Assembly (NCBI GenBank): GCA_963555825.3
Contig: CAUVXB020000001.1
Location: 1,632,001-1,696,000 of the forward strand
Direction: 5' to 3'
Source: Alphaproteobacteria bacterium
Lineage (GTDB): Bacteria > Pseudomonadota > Alphaproteobacteria > JAAXGF01
Length of the DNA stretch: 64,000 bases
Positions 51,508 to 62,812 of the stretch are shown piece after piece. The first letter of the stretch is position 1; every line of letters begins with the position of its first letter. A program made the position numbers and the translations under genes. The notes under the pieces were generated by a model. The model saw nothing but the letters and a program-made list of their open reading frames with translations. It did not search any database and was not told the DNA's origin.

Positions 51508-53408
51508 CGGGCTGTCCTAGCTAAGGGCGTTTCTGTCTCAAAATAATCCATGTCTTCAATTGGTTAAGCAGTTCTCGGTGGTCACCTCCGTTGAACCGCC
51601 ATTCGCACTCCTTGAGGAACAGGTGAAAGCTCTGTTTCGGGACGCCATTGAAGCGCCGTAAATGCCGCTTCGCCTGGTTCCAGAAGTTCTCGATCCCGTT
51701 GATATGGCTCCGCTCGTCGACGAACCGCTCCGAGTGATTGATCCGAACATGGTGGAAGTCCGAAACGTCCAGGGCATCATAGCTCGAAAAGCCGTCCGTA
51801 TAGACGATGCTGTCAGGCCGGATCATACGCTCCATAATCGGCATCAACGTGGCAGTCCGGGCATTGGGAATCATCGCCGTGTAGACCTTCCCACCTCGCT
51901 TCAAAAGCCCGAAAACCGGGACTTTTCCGCCAGCGCCTCGACCCCGCTTGCCTTTGCGGCGGCCGCCAAAATAACTCTCATCAACCTCGATCTCTCCGGC
52001 AAAAGGCGAGGCCTTCTCCATTTCCTCGGCAATCACCTTGCGAAGCCGAGTATAAAACGAGGCCGCCGTGTTCCGGTGGACGCCAACCAGTTCGGCTGCT
52101 GCCCGAGCCGTCGTACCCGCAACGAAGTGCTCAATCAGACGACCGCGCTCCAATCACTGAGCCGGCTTTTCCTCTCGTACATCCCGCCATCCTAGCCTAA
52201 GCATGCCGCTTAGCTAGTGTCCCGATTCCGAAGTTCGCATGATTTTCGCCTGCTGTTCAGCGATTTCGATTGTTCGGAGGCAGAAGCGCTGGATGGCGCC
52301 GAGGATGTCATCGGCGGATTTGGTCCATTTGAAGGGTTTGGGGTTCTGGTTTGTCGTGTCGATGTAGTCGAGGATGGTGCGCTCCAACTCCTTGGTGGAG
52401 CGATGGACGCCGCGCCTGATCTGCTTGTCGGTCAGCAGCCCGAACCAGCGCTCGACCTGGTTCAGCCAGGAGGCGCTGGTGGGTGTGAAATGGGCCTGCC
52501 AGCGCGGCCGTTTGGCGAACCAGTCGCGGATCGCCTTGGTCTTGTGGGTCCCGTAGTTGTCCATGACGATGTGGATGTCGAGATCAGCAGGGACGTTCGC
52601 CTCGACGAGGTCGAGGAATTTGCGGAACTCTCGGGCCCGATGGCGCGGCGAAACATTTGCCGATGATCTCTCCCGTGGCGATGTCGAGGGCCGCGAAGAG
52701 AGAGGTCGTGCCGTGGCGCTTGTAGTCGTGGCTGCGCCGCTCCGCCTGCCCGGGGCGCATCGGCAAGAGGGGCTGGGAACGGTCCAGGGCCTGGATCTGG
52801 CTCTTTTCGTCGACACAGAGAACCAGGGCACGATCCGGCGGCGCCAAATACAGACCGACGATGTCGCGGACCTTCTCCACGAAGAAGGGATCGCTCGACA
52901 GCTTGAAGGTCTCCGAGCGATGCGGCTGCAAGCCGAAGGCCCGCCAGATGCGATGAATGGTCGAGGGCGCGTGGCCGCTCGCCCGCGCCATCGAGCGAAG
53001 GCTCCAATGGGTCGCGTCCGGCGGCGTCTCTTCCAGCGTCAGCCGGACCGCTTCCGCGATGGCGTCATCGCCGATTTGACGCGGCGCGCCGGGGCGGGGT
53101 TCGTCGTACAGACCGTCGAGGCCCTCCGCCGCATAGCGGCGACGCCACTTGCCCACGGTGTCCGCGCTCGCCTCGAGACGAACGGCGATCTCCTTGTTCT
53201 CCAACCCTTCCGCCGCCGCCAAGACGATCCGAGCCCGCCGCGCAAGCCCCTGCGACGTCTTGCGACGACGAGACAGCGCCTCCAATTCGGCGCGCTCGTC
53301 ATCGCTCAAAGAGATCGTCACCGCCACTCTCGCCATCAATCGCGCCTCCTAAAAACAAATAGAGACATAATCATATCAATTTATCGATCAGGACACTAGG
53401 ACAGCCCC
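51508..53408 (-). mobile_element. IS1595-family element with IS630-B in one IR; transposase 51521-52182 frameshifted near the start
   Basis: EVDESYFGG, GKRGRG, YTDG and HINGIENFW motifs; IRs GGGCTGTCCTAG; TTGAAT(G/A)T duplication. Confidence 0.88.
52217..53396 (-). mobile_element. IS630-B copy 2; transposase has a +1 frameshift near 52650
   Basis: Matches 34217-35395 except for one extra base; TA duplication within CTAG. Confidence 0.9.
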
Positions 53409-54160
53409 TTGAATATCTCCGGCTGGCCGTAGCGGGCCAGCGCGTCGCCCAAGGCCTCGGCGCAGAATCCAGCGTCCATGGTGTTCGACAGCCGCCAGGA
53501 TAAAACGTGGCGCGTCGCCCAGTCCATGATCGCTACCAGGTACAGAAAGCCACGCTGGACGGGGATATAGGTGATGTCGGCGCACCAGACCCGATTGGGC
53601 TGGTCGATAGCCATCCCTTTGAGAAGATAAGGATAAATCCGGTGCATGGGATGCGGCACGCTGGTTCTCGGCGCCTGATAGATCGCCTCCAGGCCTATCA
53701 ATCGCATCAACCTGCGAACCCGGTGACGGCCGACGCAAACGCCGTCCCGCCGCAACTGGCGGACCATCTGGCGGCTGCCGTAGAACGGGTACTTCATGAA
53801 CAACTCGTCGATCCGACGCATCAGCGCCAGACTCGAAGGGCTCTCCCCCCTGGGCGCATAATAGAACGAGGACCGGCCGATCGAAAGCAGGCGGCATTGA
53901 CGGCTCAAGCTCAGCTCGGGGGCGTCGCGTGTGATCATCGCCTTGCGCTCCCCCCGGCTCATCGCTTGAGCCCTCTGGCTAAAAAATCCCGTTCCACCGT
54001 CAGCTCGCCGATCTTGGCGTGAAGGTCGCGGACCTCGGATTCATGATCCCGGCAAGCGCGGTTGGCGCCGTTCGAAAACACTTCGCCCAGACCGTCCACC
54101 GCCTGGCGCTTCCAGGCGCTCACCTGGTTCGGATGCACCTTGGAGCTATAGCTGAATCTT

Positions 54161-55961
54161 GACGGGGCGGTAAAAAGTTGTTGGCCGATGGCGTGCTTGT
54201 ACAGGTCTTTGCGGTTCGGTGAAGAATATTTGCCTGTCTCCGCGTTGCTGGTGGATAAAACCTGATATTACCTACCCTTGGCTTCTCCTTGGCTTCGTTT
54301 TTTATGGTGCGATTGCCGCGCAGCGTCGGATATTGAGGCCGAGGGCACGCAGATTGACCACGTAGCGCATGGCCGGCATGCCGCGAATGCGTAGGTGAGC
54401 CAGGTTCATCTGGTACTTTAATCGCGACATGGTCGCTTCTATGCCGGCCCGCCATCTGTAGACGTCGCGGAAGGCATCGCTTTGTTCATAAAGCCGGCGC
54501 TTTTGGTTGGCAGCCCTGGCCGGGGTATATTGAAAGCGGGAAAATTGGCCGTCACGCTTGGCCGCCTGCACGGGACATCGCAGTATATCGGGACATTTTT
54601 GGCAGATGGAGAGGTCGAAACGGGCCTGCAGCTTGGCTTTGGCGAGCGAGGCTGAAACCGGTTCGACGTTATTGGGACAGCGCAAGACCAAGCCTTCTTC
54701 GTTGAGAGTGAAATCCTCCAACGTCAACCGTCCCGAGACGGCGCCTTTCGGCGGTCGTGCGGGCGCCACGAGATTGATGTTCTGTTCGCGCGTCAGAGCC
54801 ATGTTGTCACTGGAACCGTAATGTGAATCACCCAGCATCACCGCCGGCGTCAGCGCGCGCTCGCTCAGATCATCCAGCGCATCGGCTAAGCGATGGCCGT
54901 CATGCACCGTCATCTTGTGGACCTCCACGTGGGTGATGAGGTCCGGTGTCGCGGCAACCGCCTCGTTACTGACATCTTCACAATAGGTTTCGACGATCTG
55001 CGCCATGTATCCTTGACCCTTGTGCGCGTTGTAGCTCGCGTCCGGGTCGGCCGGATTGCCGACGGTATCGCACGGCACATCCTTTGGATCTCGAATCGCG
55101 GCGCGCGTTGCGTCACGATCGCCATACTCATCATCAACGATCTCGAACTGATCGCGCAGAACCCTCTCCAGGATCGCAAAACTGAAAAGCTTTGCCGCCG
55201 CCGTGTCACGGAATTGCAGCACCAGGGCTAGGAGATACTGACCCGCTTCGCCGAGGCGCCGTTTTGAAACACTCGGCGCCGTATTCGCGAACGCGCCATT
55301 ACCCTCGCGATCGACATAGCGGCGGATCACCTCCTTGCTGATCTGCTCGTGCAGACCGGGATGATATCGCTCAAGCTCACGGGCAAACTTCGAGATGCTC
55401 TCAACAACGATACCAAGTCGTGTCAGCGCCCGCATTGCCGAACGAAGGGCCGTCGAATCCATGCGTTGGTGGCTGGTATCGACAGAGAACCCCTGCACCA
55501 GCCGATCCGTCAAACACCGGAACAGCAATTCATCGAGACCTTGTTCGATAAACAGACGGCGATAGTTGCGCAGGGTTTTCTCACAGAAATAGCTGTCCGC
55601 TTCGCTGCGCACGTCCAAGGCATAGTGCCACGCCATATTGAAGGCCAGGGCCTCGACGGTCTCTGCATCGCTCAGATCGTGCAGCTGCTGCAAAAGCAAG
55701 ACCCCGATGACAACGTGTAGATCCTTCGATGGTCGGCCCATGCGTTCATCAAGGTGACGGCAAAGATCGTCAACCGGAAGTTCGACAAGCAGATGGTTCC
55801 GAAAAACCCCGGCCCAGGATTGCTCCATCAGGCGCCGACGTTTGTCCCCGAAATCGGACCAGCGATCAAACAATTCCCCAGTCCGTCGGTCGCGTAAAGT
55901 AAACATGCACAATTATAATCCAGCCGACTCTCATGAGGAATCGACTTTTTACCGCCCCGTC
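54161..55961 (-). mobile_element. IS1182-like element, copy 4
   Basis: 7-bp duplication GAATCTT. Confidence 0.9.
54302..55912 (-). CDS. IS1182/IS5-like DDE transposase, 536 aa
   Basis: Near-identical to the other copies. Confidence 0.88.
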   Translation of the reverse strand: MCMFTLRDRRTGELFDRWSDFGDKRRRLMEQSWAGVFRNHLLVELPVDDLCRHLDERMGRPSKDLHVVIGVLLLQQLHDLSDAETVEALAFNMAWHYALDVRSEADSYFCEKTLRNYRRLFIEQGLDELLFRCLTDRLVQGFSVDTSHQRMDSTALRSAMRALTRLGIVVESISKFARELERYHPGLHEQISKEVIRRYVDREGNGAFANTAPSVSKRRLGEAGQYLLALVLQFRDTAAAKLFSFAILERVLRDQFEIVDDEYGDRDATRAAIRDPKDVPCDTVGNPADPDASYNAHKGQGYMAQIVETYCEDVSNEAVAATPDLITHVEVHKMTVHDGHRLADALDDLSERALTPAVMLGDSHYGSSDNMALTREQNINLVAPARPPKGAVSGRLTLEDFTLNEEGLVLRCPNNVEPVSASLAKAKLQARFDLSICQKCPDILRCPVQAAKRDGQFSRFQYTPARAANQKRRLYEQSDAFRDVYRWRAGIEATMSRLKYQMNLAHLRIRGMPAMRYVVNLRALGLNIRRCAAIAP

Positions 55962-56040
55962 GAATCTTGGTGATGGAGAATGAAGGCGGCGTATCCTGGC
56001 GTTGATGAAGACGCCAATTTTCCGAAGAAAGGGATACGCC

Positions 56041-57297
56041 ATGAAAGACGATACAGTTGTTGCGTTGCGCCAGCCAGAGTCATTTTCCGACGATCCGCTG
56101 ACGGAGATATTGCGCGCCGGCGCCCGGCAGTTGCTTGGCCAGGCGATTGAAGCGGAAGTTGCCGCCCATATTGAAGCCCATGCCGATTTGACCGACGCTT
56201 CGGGCCGGCGCCGTATTGTCCGTCACGGGCACATGCCGGAACGCGAGGTTCAGACCGGGATCGGAGCTGTGACGGTGAAGCGGCCAAGAGTGCGAGACCG
56301 AGATCCACAGGCCACGGGCGGGCGCATCCGTTTCACGTCATCGATCCTGCCGCCTTATCTCAGGCGCGCCAAGTCGGTCGAGGCGCTTCTGCCCTGGCTT
56401 TATCTGAAGGGCATCTCCAGCGGCGACTTTTCGGAGGCCCTGGCGGCGCTGCTGGGACCGGACGCGCCGGGCCTGACGGCCAGCACCATTGGCCGGCTGA
56501 AAGCGGTCTGGTGGGACGAATACGAAGCCTGGCAAAAGCGCGACCTTTCGGCTCGGCGCTACGTCTATTTTTGGGCCGACGGGGTCTACTTCTCGCCTCG
56601 CATGGACCATGACAAACAGTGTGTTCTGGTGATCATCGGCGCCGACGCCATGGGCAACAAGGACATCGTCGGCATGGTCGACGGTTATCGAGAGAGCGCG
56701 CAAAGCTGGAAGGAACTGCTGCTTGATCTCAAGCGCCGGGGCTTGGAGACCGGCCCCGAGTTGGCCGTCGGCGACGGCGCCTTGGGCTTCTGGAAGGCGC
56801 TACGCGAGGTTTACGGAGAGACCAGGGTGCAGCGTTGCTGGGTCCACAAGACCGCCAACGTGCTCAACCAGATGCCCAAATCCCTGCAGGCCAAAGCCAA
56901 GGGCCATCTGCACGACATCTGGATGGCCGAGACTAGGGCCGACGCCGAAGCCGCCTTCGACTTCTTCATCGCAGCCTACGGCGCAAAATACCACAAGGCC
57001 GCAGAGCGCCTGGTCAAGGACCGTGAACGCCTGCTGAGCTTCTACGACTTCCCGGCCGAGCACTGGAAGCACATCCGCACCACCAACCCCATCGAAAGCA
57101 CCTTCGCCACGGTGCGCCTGAGGACCGTGAAGACCAAGGGGTGCCTGAGCCGCAAGACGGCGCTCGCCATGGCCTTCAAACTGATCTTGAGTGCCAGGCG
57201 GAAATGGCGGAAGCTGGACGGATCAAATCAACTCGCCGAACTCGTCGAAGGAGTGCCGTTCAAGGACGGAATCAAGATAACCAAACACGCCGCCTGA
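56041..57297 (+). CDS. IS256-family transposase B
   Basis: Same protein as 43986-45242. Confidence 0.93.
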   Translation: MKDDTVVALRQPESFSDDPLTEILRAGARQLLGQAIEAEVAAHIEAHADLTDASGRRRIVRHGHMPEREVQTGIGAVTVKRPRVRDRDPQATGGRIRFTSSILPPYLRRAKSVEALLPWLYLKGISSGDFSEALAALLGPDAPGLTASTIGRLKAVWWDEYEAWQKRDLSARRYVYFWADGVYFSPRMDHDKQCVLVIIGADAMGNKDIVGMVDGYRESAQSWKELLLDLKRRGLETGPELAVGDGALGFWKALREVYGETRVQRCWVHKTANVLNQMPKSLQAKAKGHLHDIWMAETRADAEAAFDFFIAAYGAKYHKAAERLVKDRERLLSFYDFPAEHWKHIRTTNPIESTFATVRLRTVKTKGCLSRKTALAMAFKLILSARRKWRKLDGSNQLAELVEGVPFKDGIKITKHAA

Positions 57298-58237
57298 TAG
57301 CTCCGTCACCAACTTTCGGACATAGCTCTGCACCTTGTGCTTGGCCGCGATCTGCTGGATCGTCTTGTCGCCCCGCAGCGCTTCCAGCGCCACCCGGGCC
57401 TTGAATTCCGCCGTAAACCGGCGTCGATTCGTCATCTCGTATTCCTCCGTTATCCGGTGGAATACACCTTAGCTCCCTGTCCGATTTTCTGGGACCACCT
57501 CAGAGAACTGTATAGTCTTGCTTGTTGCAGCCTTCGACTGGGGGCATCGGGCCTCCTGGCGTAACTGGAAATGCAGTCATCTGCGCGTTGGCTGGCGAAC
57601 ACGAACCATCACTCGTCGTCGATGTATAGCGCGCGGAGCGGCATCGCAAATGCGTCACATCATAAAGCGTCGCGCCATCGTCAAGCTCCCAGTGCTGAGC
57701 ACCATCCTCGTCTGCGGGATGAATGGTCAGCACGCTCACCACCTCGCGGTTACCTGTGACGACGTATTTACCGGCGGGGACCGAGAAGTCTGGCGGCTCC
57801 ATGATCAAGCCGTTTTCCTCCAGCCACCAATCTGTGCTGTCGAATTTCCATTGTGCCGGGGCGACTCCACCTGCGGCCTTCAATTGCTCATAGTTGGCCA
57901 GCCGCACCCCCCGCGGACCCGGATCCAGACGCCACAGACCCCACAATTGTGCGCCACTCCCGGAGGTCGCACCCGGATCACCCAACGCCGCGATGAACTG
58001 CGTCGGAATGCGCCGGAACGCCGTCGGATCATCGTCTAGAGCGTGAGCCGATTGCTCCAAGGCTGCCATCACCATCAGAAACCCCATCGCCAAAAGTGCG
58101 CTGCTCTTCAGGCGCTGCGTTTTGCGCTTGGGTGCCAACACTGTACCGTCAATGCTTGGTCAAGGTGAACATTGCCGGAAGTTCCGTTAGTTGCGATCAT
58201 GTCCGCTTGCGAATGGAATGCAGACCTTGCGGCATTA

Positions 58238-59412
58238 TACCAGTGAGCGCCTGAATTGACTCTCGGGATATTCATTGATGGCGGATGATGGCGGATTGTG
58301 ATTCTATGGTCTCCCACCAGATGTGGGGGATGTCATGGGATCAGCACTCAAGATACGGGATGATTTGACGCCTTTGGAGCTTCGGCGCTGGGCTCGCGTG
58401 GAATCGTACGGTCGAGCGGCGGCGCGGGCCTATGGGATCGCGAATGCTTTGGAGGAGATGCCCCGGGCTGATGCCGCGCGGCTTGCGGGGATGGATCGCC
58501 AAACGCTTCGCGACGCGGTTGTTCGTTACAATGCAAAGGGATTGGAGGGGCTTCACGACCGTCCAAAGGGCTACTCGCCGCGGCGGCTGACGGCAGACGA
58601 GGAAGCGGCGCTGGCGGCGGTCATCATCGCCGGGCCGGAGCCTGAGCGCGACGGGGTTTGCGCCTGGACCCGGGCCGATCTGTGCCGCTGGCTGGAGGAG
58701 CGCTTCGCCAAGACCTACCACCCCTCGAGCATGACCCGGGTTCTACGGCGGATGGGATTTTCCCGCCAGAAGGCGCGCCCGAGCCACCCGCGAAGGGACG
58801 CCGAAGCGCAGGAGCGCTTCAAAAAAGGGGGCTTCGCGACATCCTGAAGGCGACCGCCGCGGCGCATCCCGACAAGCGCCTACAGCTGTGGTTTCAGGAT
58901 GAAGCGCGCGTCGGCAACAAGGGCCGGGTGTGTCACCGGTGGTGGCGCAGGGGCGAGCGTGCCCCCGGGACGCGTCAAATCGGCTACCAGTGGGCCTACA
59001 TCTTCTCCGCCGTGCGCCCGGACACCGGCGACGACGTCACCCTGGTGATGCCGAGCGTCAACGCCAAGGTCATGGACCTGTTTCTCGCACACTTCGCCGA
59101 TACCCTGGACCAGGATGCGCACGCCGTCATGATGTGCGACGGCGCCGGTTGGCACGACGAGCGCGCCCTCACCGTCCCCGACAACGTCACCTTGGCGCTG
59201 TTGCCGCCTTACAGTCCCGAACTCAACCCCGTCGAGCGGGTTTGGCTCTACCTACGCGAACGCTTCCTATCGCTCCGCGTCCTCGACGACACCGAGGCCA
59301 TCATCGACGCCTGTTGCCAAGCATGGATCGACCTCATCGCAGAACCGGATCGTATGCGAACCCTCTGCGCCTATCCATGGATCATGAAGGTGATTTCATA
59401 GGCTCACTGGTA
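58238..59412 (+). mobile_element. IS630-A copy 2 (transposase 58323-59401, frameshift type)
   Basis: Matches 28434-29608; TTA duplication. Confidence 0.92.
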
Positions 59413-59453
59413 TTAGACGCCTGACGTCAGGTGATAGCCATTATTCCAGTGCG

Positions 59454-62213
59454 TGAGTCGGACCCGATTTCCTTGGACACAGAATTGGCTTAATCGAAGT
59501 GTCCAAGGAGGACCGGAACATGACCGACAATTTTGAGAACAAAGTTGCTGTTGATGGGCCTGTGGTAAACGAGGGCGAGCTTGGCTCGTCCACGTTTTCC
59601 CCGGGCCAGGTTTCGCCGGCAGGCCCGCTGGGACTTGGCCAGCGGTGGACGGTGACGCGCAAGCGTGAGGTTGCCCTGCGGCTTTTGCGTGGCGAGCCGG
59701 TGGAACTTTTGTCGCGGCAGTTGGGCGTGGAGATTTTCCGGCTCGAGCAGTGGCGTGAGAAGGCGATCGCCGGGATCGATGCCTCGCTCAAGGAACGCAA
59801 GGGCGATCCGGTGAAGGCGGAACTGGACATCGCCATGAAGCGGATCGGGGAGTTGATCATGCAGGTGGAACTGCTGGAGGCCAAGACGGAGACGTCCGGC
59901 CCTTTGGGGCGGCGGAGGTCGCGGCGATGAGTGCCGCCACCTCTCCCGGCACGGGTTTGGCCTACGGCCTCCAGCGGGTCTGTGCGGCCTGGGGTTTTGC
60001 CCGTTCCTCGTTCTACGCCATGAAATCCCGGCAGCAGGCCACCGCTGAGCGCCCACCAGCAAAGCGCCGGGGACCGAAGCCCTCGATCTCGGACGAGGCT
60101 CTGCTGGTGGCCATCGAGGCCGACCTGGAGGCATCCCCCTGGGAGGGCGAGGGACACCGCAAGGTCTGGGCTCGGCTTCGGGTCTGTCGTGGCATCCGTG
60201 TTTCCCGCAAGCGGGGGCTCCGGGTGATGCGCGAGAACAACCTGCTCTCGCCCCATCGCTGCCGCCGCCGTGGCGGAAATCCCCATGTCGGTGAGATCAT
60301 CACCCATGCCCCCAACCTCATGTGGGGCACGGACGGCGTTCGGGTGTTCACGGTGGACGACGGCTGGGGCTGGATATTCACCGCCATCGAGCATTGGAAC
60401 GCCGAGTGCGTCGGCTGGCATGTGTGCAAGCGAGGCGACCGCTTCGCCGCCCTTCAGCCGATCTCCATGGGGCTTGCGAGGCTGTATGCCTCGACCTCCG
60501 CCGGTGCGGCGCGGGGGCTGGCCTTGCGGATGGATCACGGCTCCCAGTATCTGTCGGACCACTTCACCAACCAGATCAAGTTCTGGGGCATCCAGCCGTC
60601 CTACGCCTTCGTCGAACAGCCCCAGACCAACGGCGTCGCCGAGAGGTTTGAGGTGGTCCCAGAAAATCGGACAGGGAGCTAAGGTGTATTCCACCGGATA
60701 ACGGAGGAATACGAGATGACGAATCGACGCCGGTTTACGGCGGAATTCAAGGCCCGGGTGGCGCTGGAAGCGCTGCGGGGCGACAAGACGATCCAGCAGA
60801 TCGCGGCCAAGCACAAGGTGCATCCGAACCAGGTGAGCGCCTGGAAGCGCCAGGCGGTGGACGGTCTGGGCGAAGTGTTTTCGAACGGCGCCAACCGCGC
60901 TTGCCGGGATCATGAATCCGAGGTCCGCGACCTTCACGCCAAGATCGGCGAGCTGACGGTGGAACGGGATTTTTTAGCCAGAGGGCTCAAGCGATGAGCC
61001 GGGGGGAGCGCAAGGCGATGATCACACGCGACGCCCCCGAGCTGAGCTTGAGCCGTCAATGCCGCCTGCTTTCGATCGGCCGGTCCTCGTTCTATTATGC
61101 GCCCAGGGGGGAGAGCCCTTCGAGTCTGGCGCTGATGCGTCGGATCGACGAGTTGTTCATGAAGTACCCGTTCTACGGCAGCCGCCAGATGGTCCGCCAG
61201 TTGCGGCGGGACGGCGTTTGCGTCGGCCGTCACCGGGTTCGCAGGTTGATGCGATTGATAGGCCTGGAGGCGATCTATCAGGCGCCGAGAACCAGCGTGC
61301 CGCATCCCATGCACCGGATTTATCCTTATCTTCTCAAAGGGATGGCTATCGACCAGCCCAATCGGGTCTGGTGCGCCGACATCACCTATATCCCCGTCCA
61401 GCGTGGCTTTCTGTACCTGGTAGCGATCATGGACTGGGCGACGCGCCACGTTTTATCCTGGCGGCTGTCGAACACCATGGACGCTGGATTCTGCGCCGAG
61501 GCCTTGGGCGACGCGCTGGCCCGCTACGGCCAGCCGGAGATATTCAATACGGATCAGGGCAGCCAGTTCACCAGCCTCGACTTCACCGGCGTGCTCAAGA
61601 ACGCGAGCATCCGCATCTCCATGGACGGTCGGGGCCGCTGCATGGACAACATCTTCATCGAGCGCCTGTGGCGGTCTCTCAAGTATGAGGCGGTCTACCT
61701 ACACGAGCTCACCGACGGCTTCCACGCCGAACGGGTCATCGGCGAGTGGATCGGCTTCTACAACACCGAGCGGCCCCATTCGTCCCTCGACGGTCAAACG
61801 CCGGCCGAGGCCTACGGGGCCGGTCAACCTGTGGATATGATGGACAAGGCTCGCGCCTTGCCCACATCCCCACAGGCTCAACAACAGCAACAGGATGTGA
61901 TAAAAAGGATTTTGGCAGCATGATCAAACAACGGAATACACCTTAACCGCGCTGCCAAACTGTCCAACAAAGTGGGACCACCTCAGTTCAATCGCACGCT
62001 CAAGGAACAGATCATCCATGGCCGCATCTACCGCAACATCGCGGAGCTGCGGAACGCCGTCCGCGGGTTCGTCGAACAGTACAATGCCCAGTGGATCGTG
62101 GAGAAGAACGGCTACCTGAGCCCCGCTCAAGCTCGTCAGGCGTGGCACACCGCGATGTCACTCAGGCCCGCCGCATGAGACAAACTTGTGTCCAAGGAAC
62201 CGGGTGCGATACA
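59454..62213 (+). mobile_element. IS3-X copy 3, orfB split by IS3-Y
   Basis: 14-bp duplication ATTATTCCAGTGCG at 59440-59453 and 62214-62227. Confidence 0.92.
60649..61985 (+). mobile_element. IS3-Y copy 3 (orfA 60716-60997, orfB 60994-61923)
   Basis: GTT duplication; same as 47596-48932. Confidence 0.93.
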
Positions 62214-62214
62214 A

Positions 62215-62607
62215 TTATTCCAGTGCGGTGCAATCGATCTCGCATTTGAACCCGCCCACCAGAGGCGAGAGGATTGTGCGGCGTGCCGGGAAGTTGTCGG
62301 GAAAGAACTCGCGGTACACCTTGTTCAGGCCCTCGAAGTCTGCCTTATCCGCAAGGAAGATGTTGACGCGGACCACCTTTTCCAAGGATGAGCCGGCGAG
62401 TTCCAGTACTTGGCGCAGGTTGTCGAGCGTGCGGCGGACCTGATCCTCGATCGGACCGAGCACGGCCTCGCCGGTTTCCGGATCGAGCGGCACGTAGCCG
62501 CCCGTGAAGATGAACCCGTTGGCCCGCACCGCGGCCGACACCGGTGCCTTCATGAACTTGCCGAGGTCGAGTAGCTCGGGCGTCTCAATTATTTCCTTTG
62601 CTGCCAT
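62215..62607 (-). CDS. RidA/YjgF/UK114-family protein
   Basis: S.AV...GFIF.GG, VVRVNIFL, FPARR and EID motifs; GGAGGA RBS. Confidence 0.9.
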   Translation of the reverse strand: MAAKEIIETPELLDLGKFMKAPVSAAVRANGFIFTGGYVPLDPETGEAVLGPIEDQVRRTLDNLRQVLELAGSSLEKVVRVNIFLADKADFEGLNKVYREFFPDNFPARRTILSPLVGGFKCEIDCTALE

Positions 62608-62812
62608 TTGGTCCTCCTTGGCTCGATTGTTTCAAGAGCGGGACGCGGCCCCGAGGGAAGGCGCGCCACGCCCGTTTCTTATTGGTTATGGGTGGCATTT
62701 AGGGAAGGTGCCCTACCGTACCAGTCTACGCCCGCGCTCGCCCGGAGTCGCCAATAGTGCTACGGTCGCGGGCAACAGGGGGGAGCCACCTGGGGAATCC
62801 CGGATTAGCGTC

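Larger units (their letters stand above)
54143..57328 (+). mobile_element. IS256-B copy 2 carrying IS1182-like copy 4 in its left IR
   Basis: 9-bp duplication TGCACCTTG at 54134-54142 and 57329-57337. Confidence 0.92.
49628..57502 (-). mobile_element. IS3-Y copy 2, containing five nested elements
   Basis: Fragments 49628-49653, 51074-51507, 53409-54142 and 57329-57502 reassemble into IS3-Y; GAG duplication. Confidence 0.9.
49595..58141 (-). pseudogene. Putative secreted hypothetical protein whose last codons are separated by a 7.9-kb IS nest
   Basis: ORF 57503-58141 rejoins across the GAG duplication to ...KQDYTVLFMIGVAVGN* ending at 49595. Confidence 0.72.
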
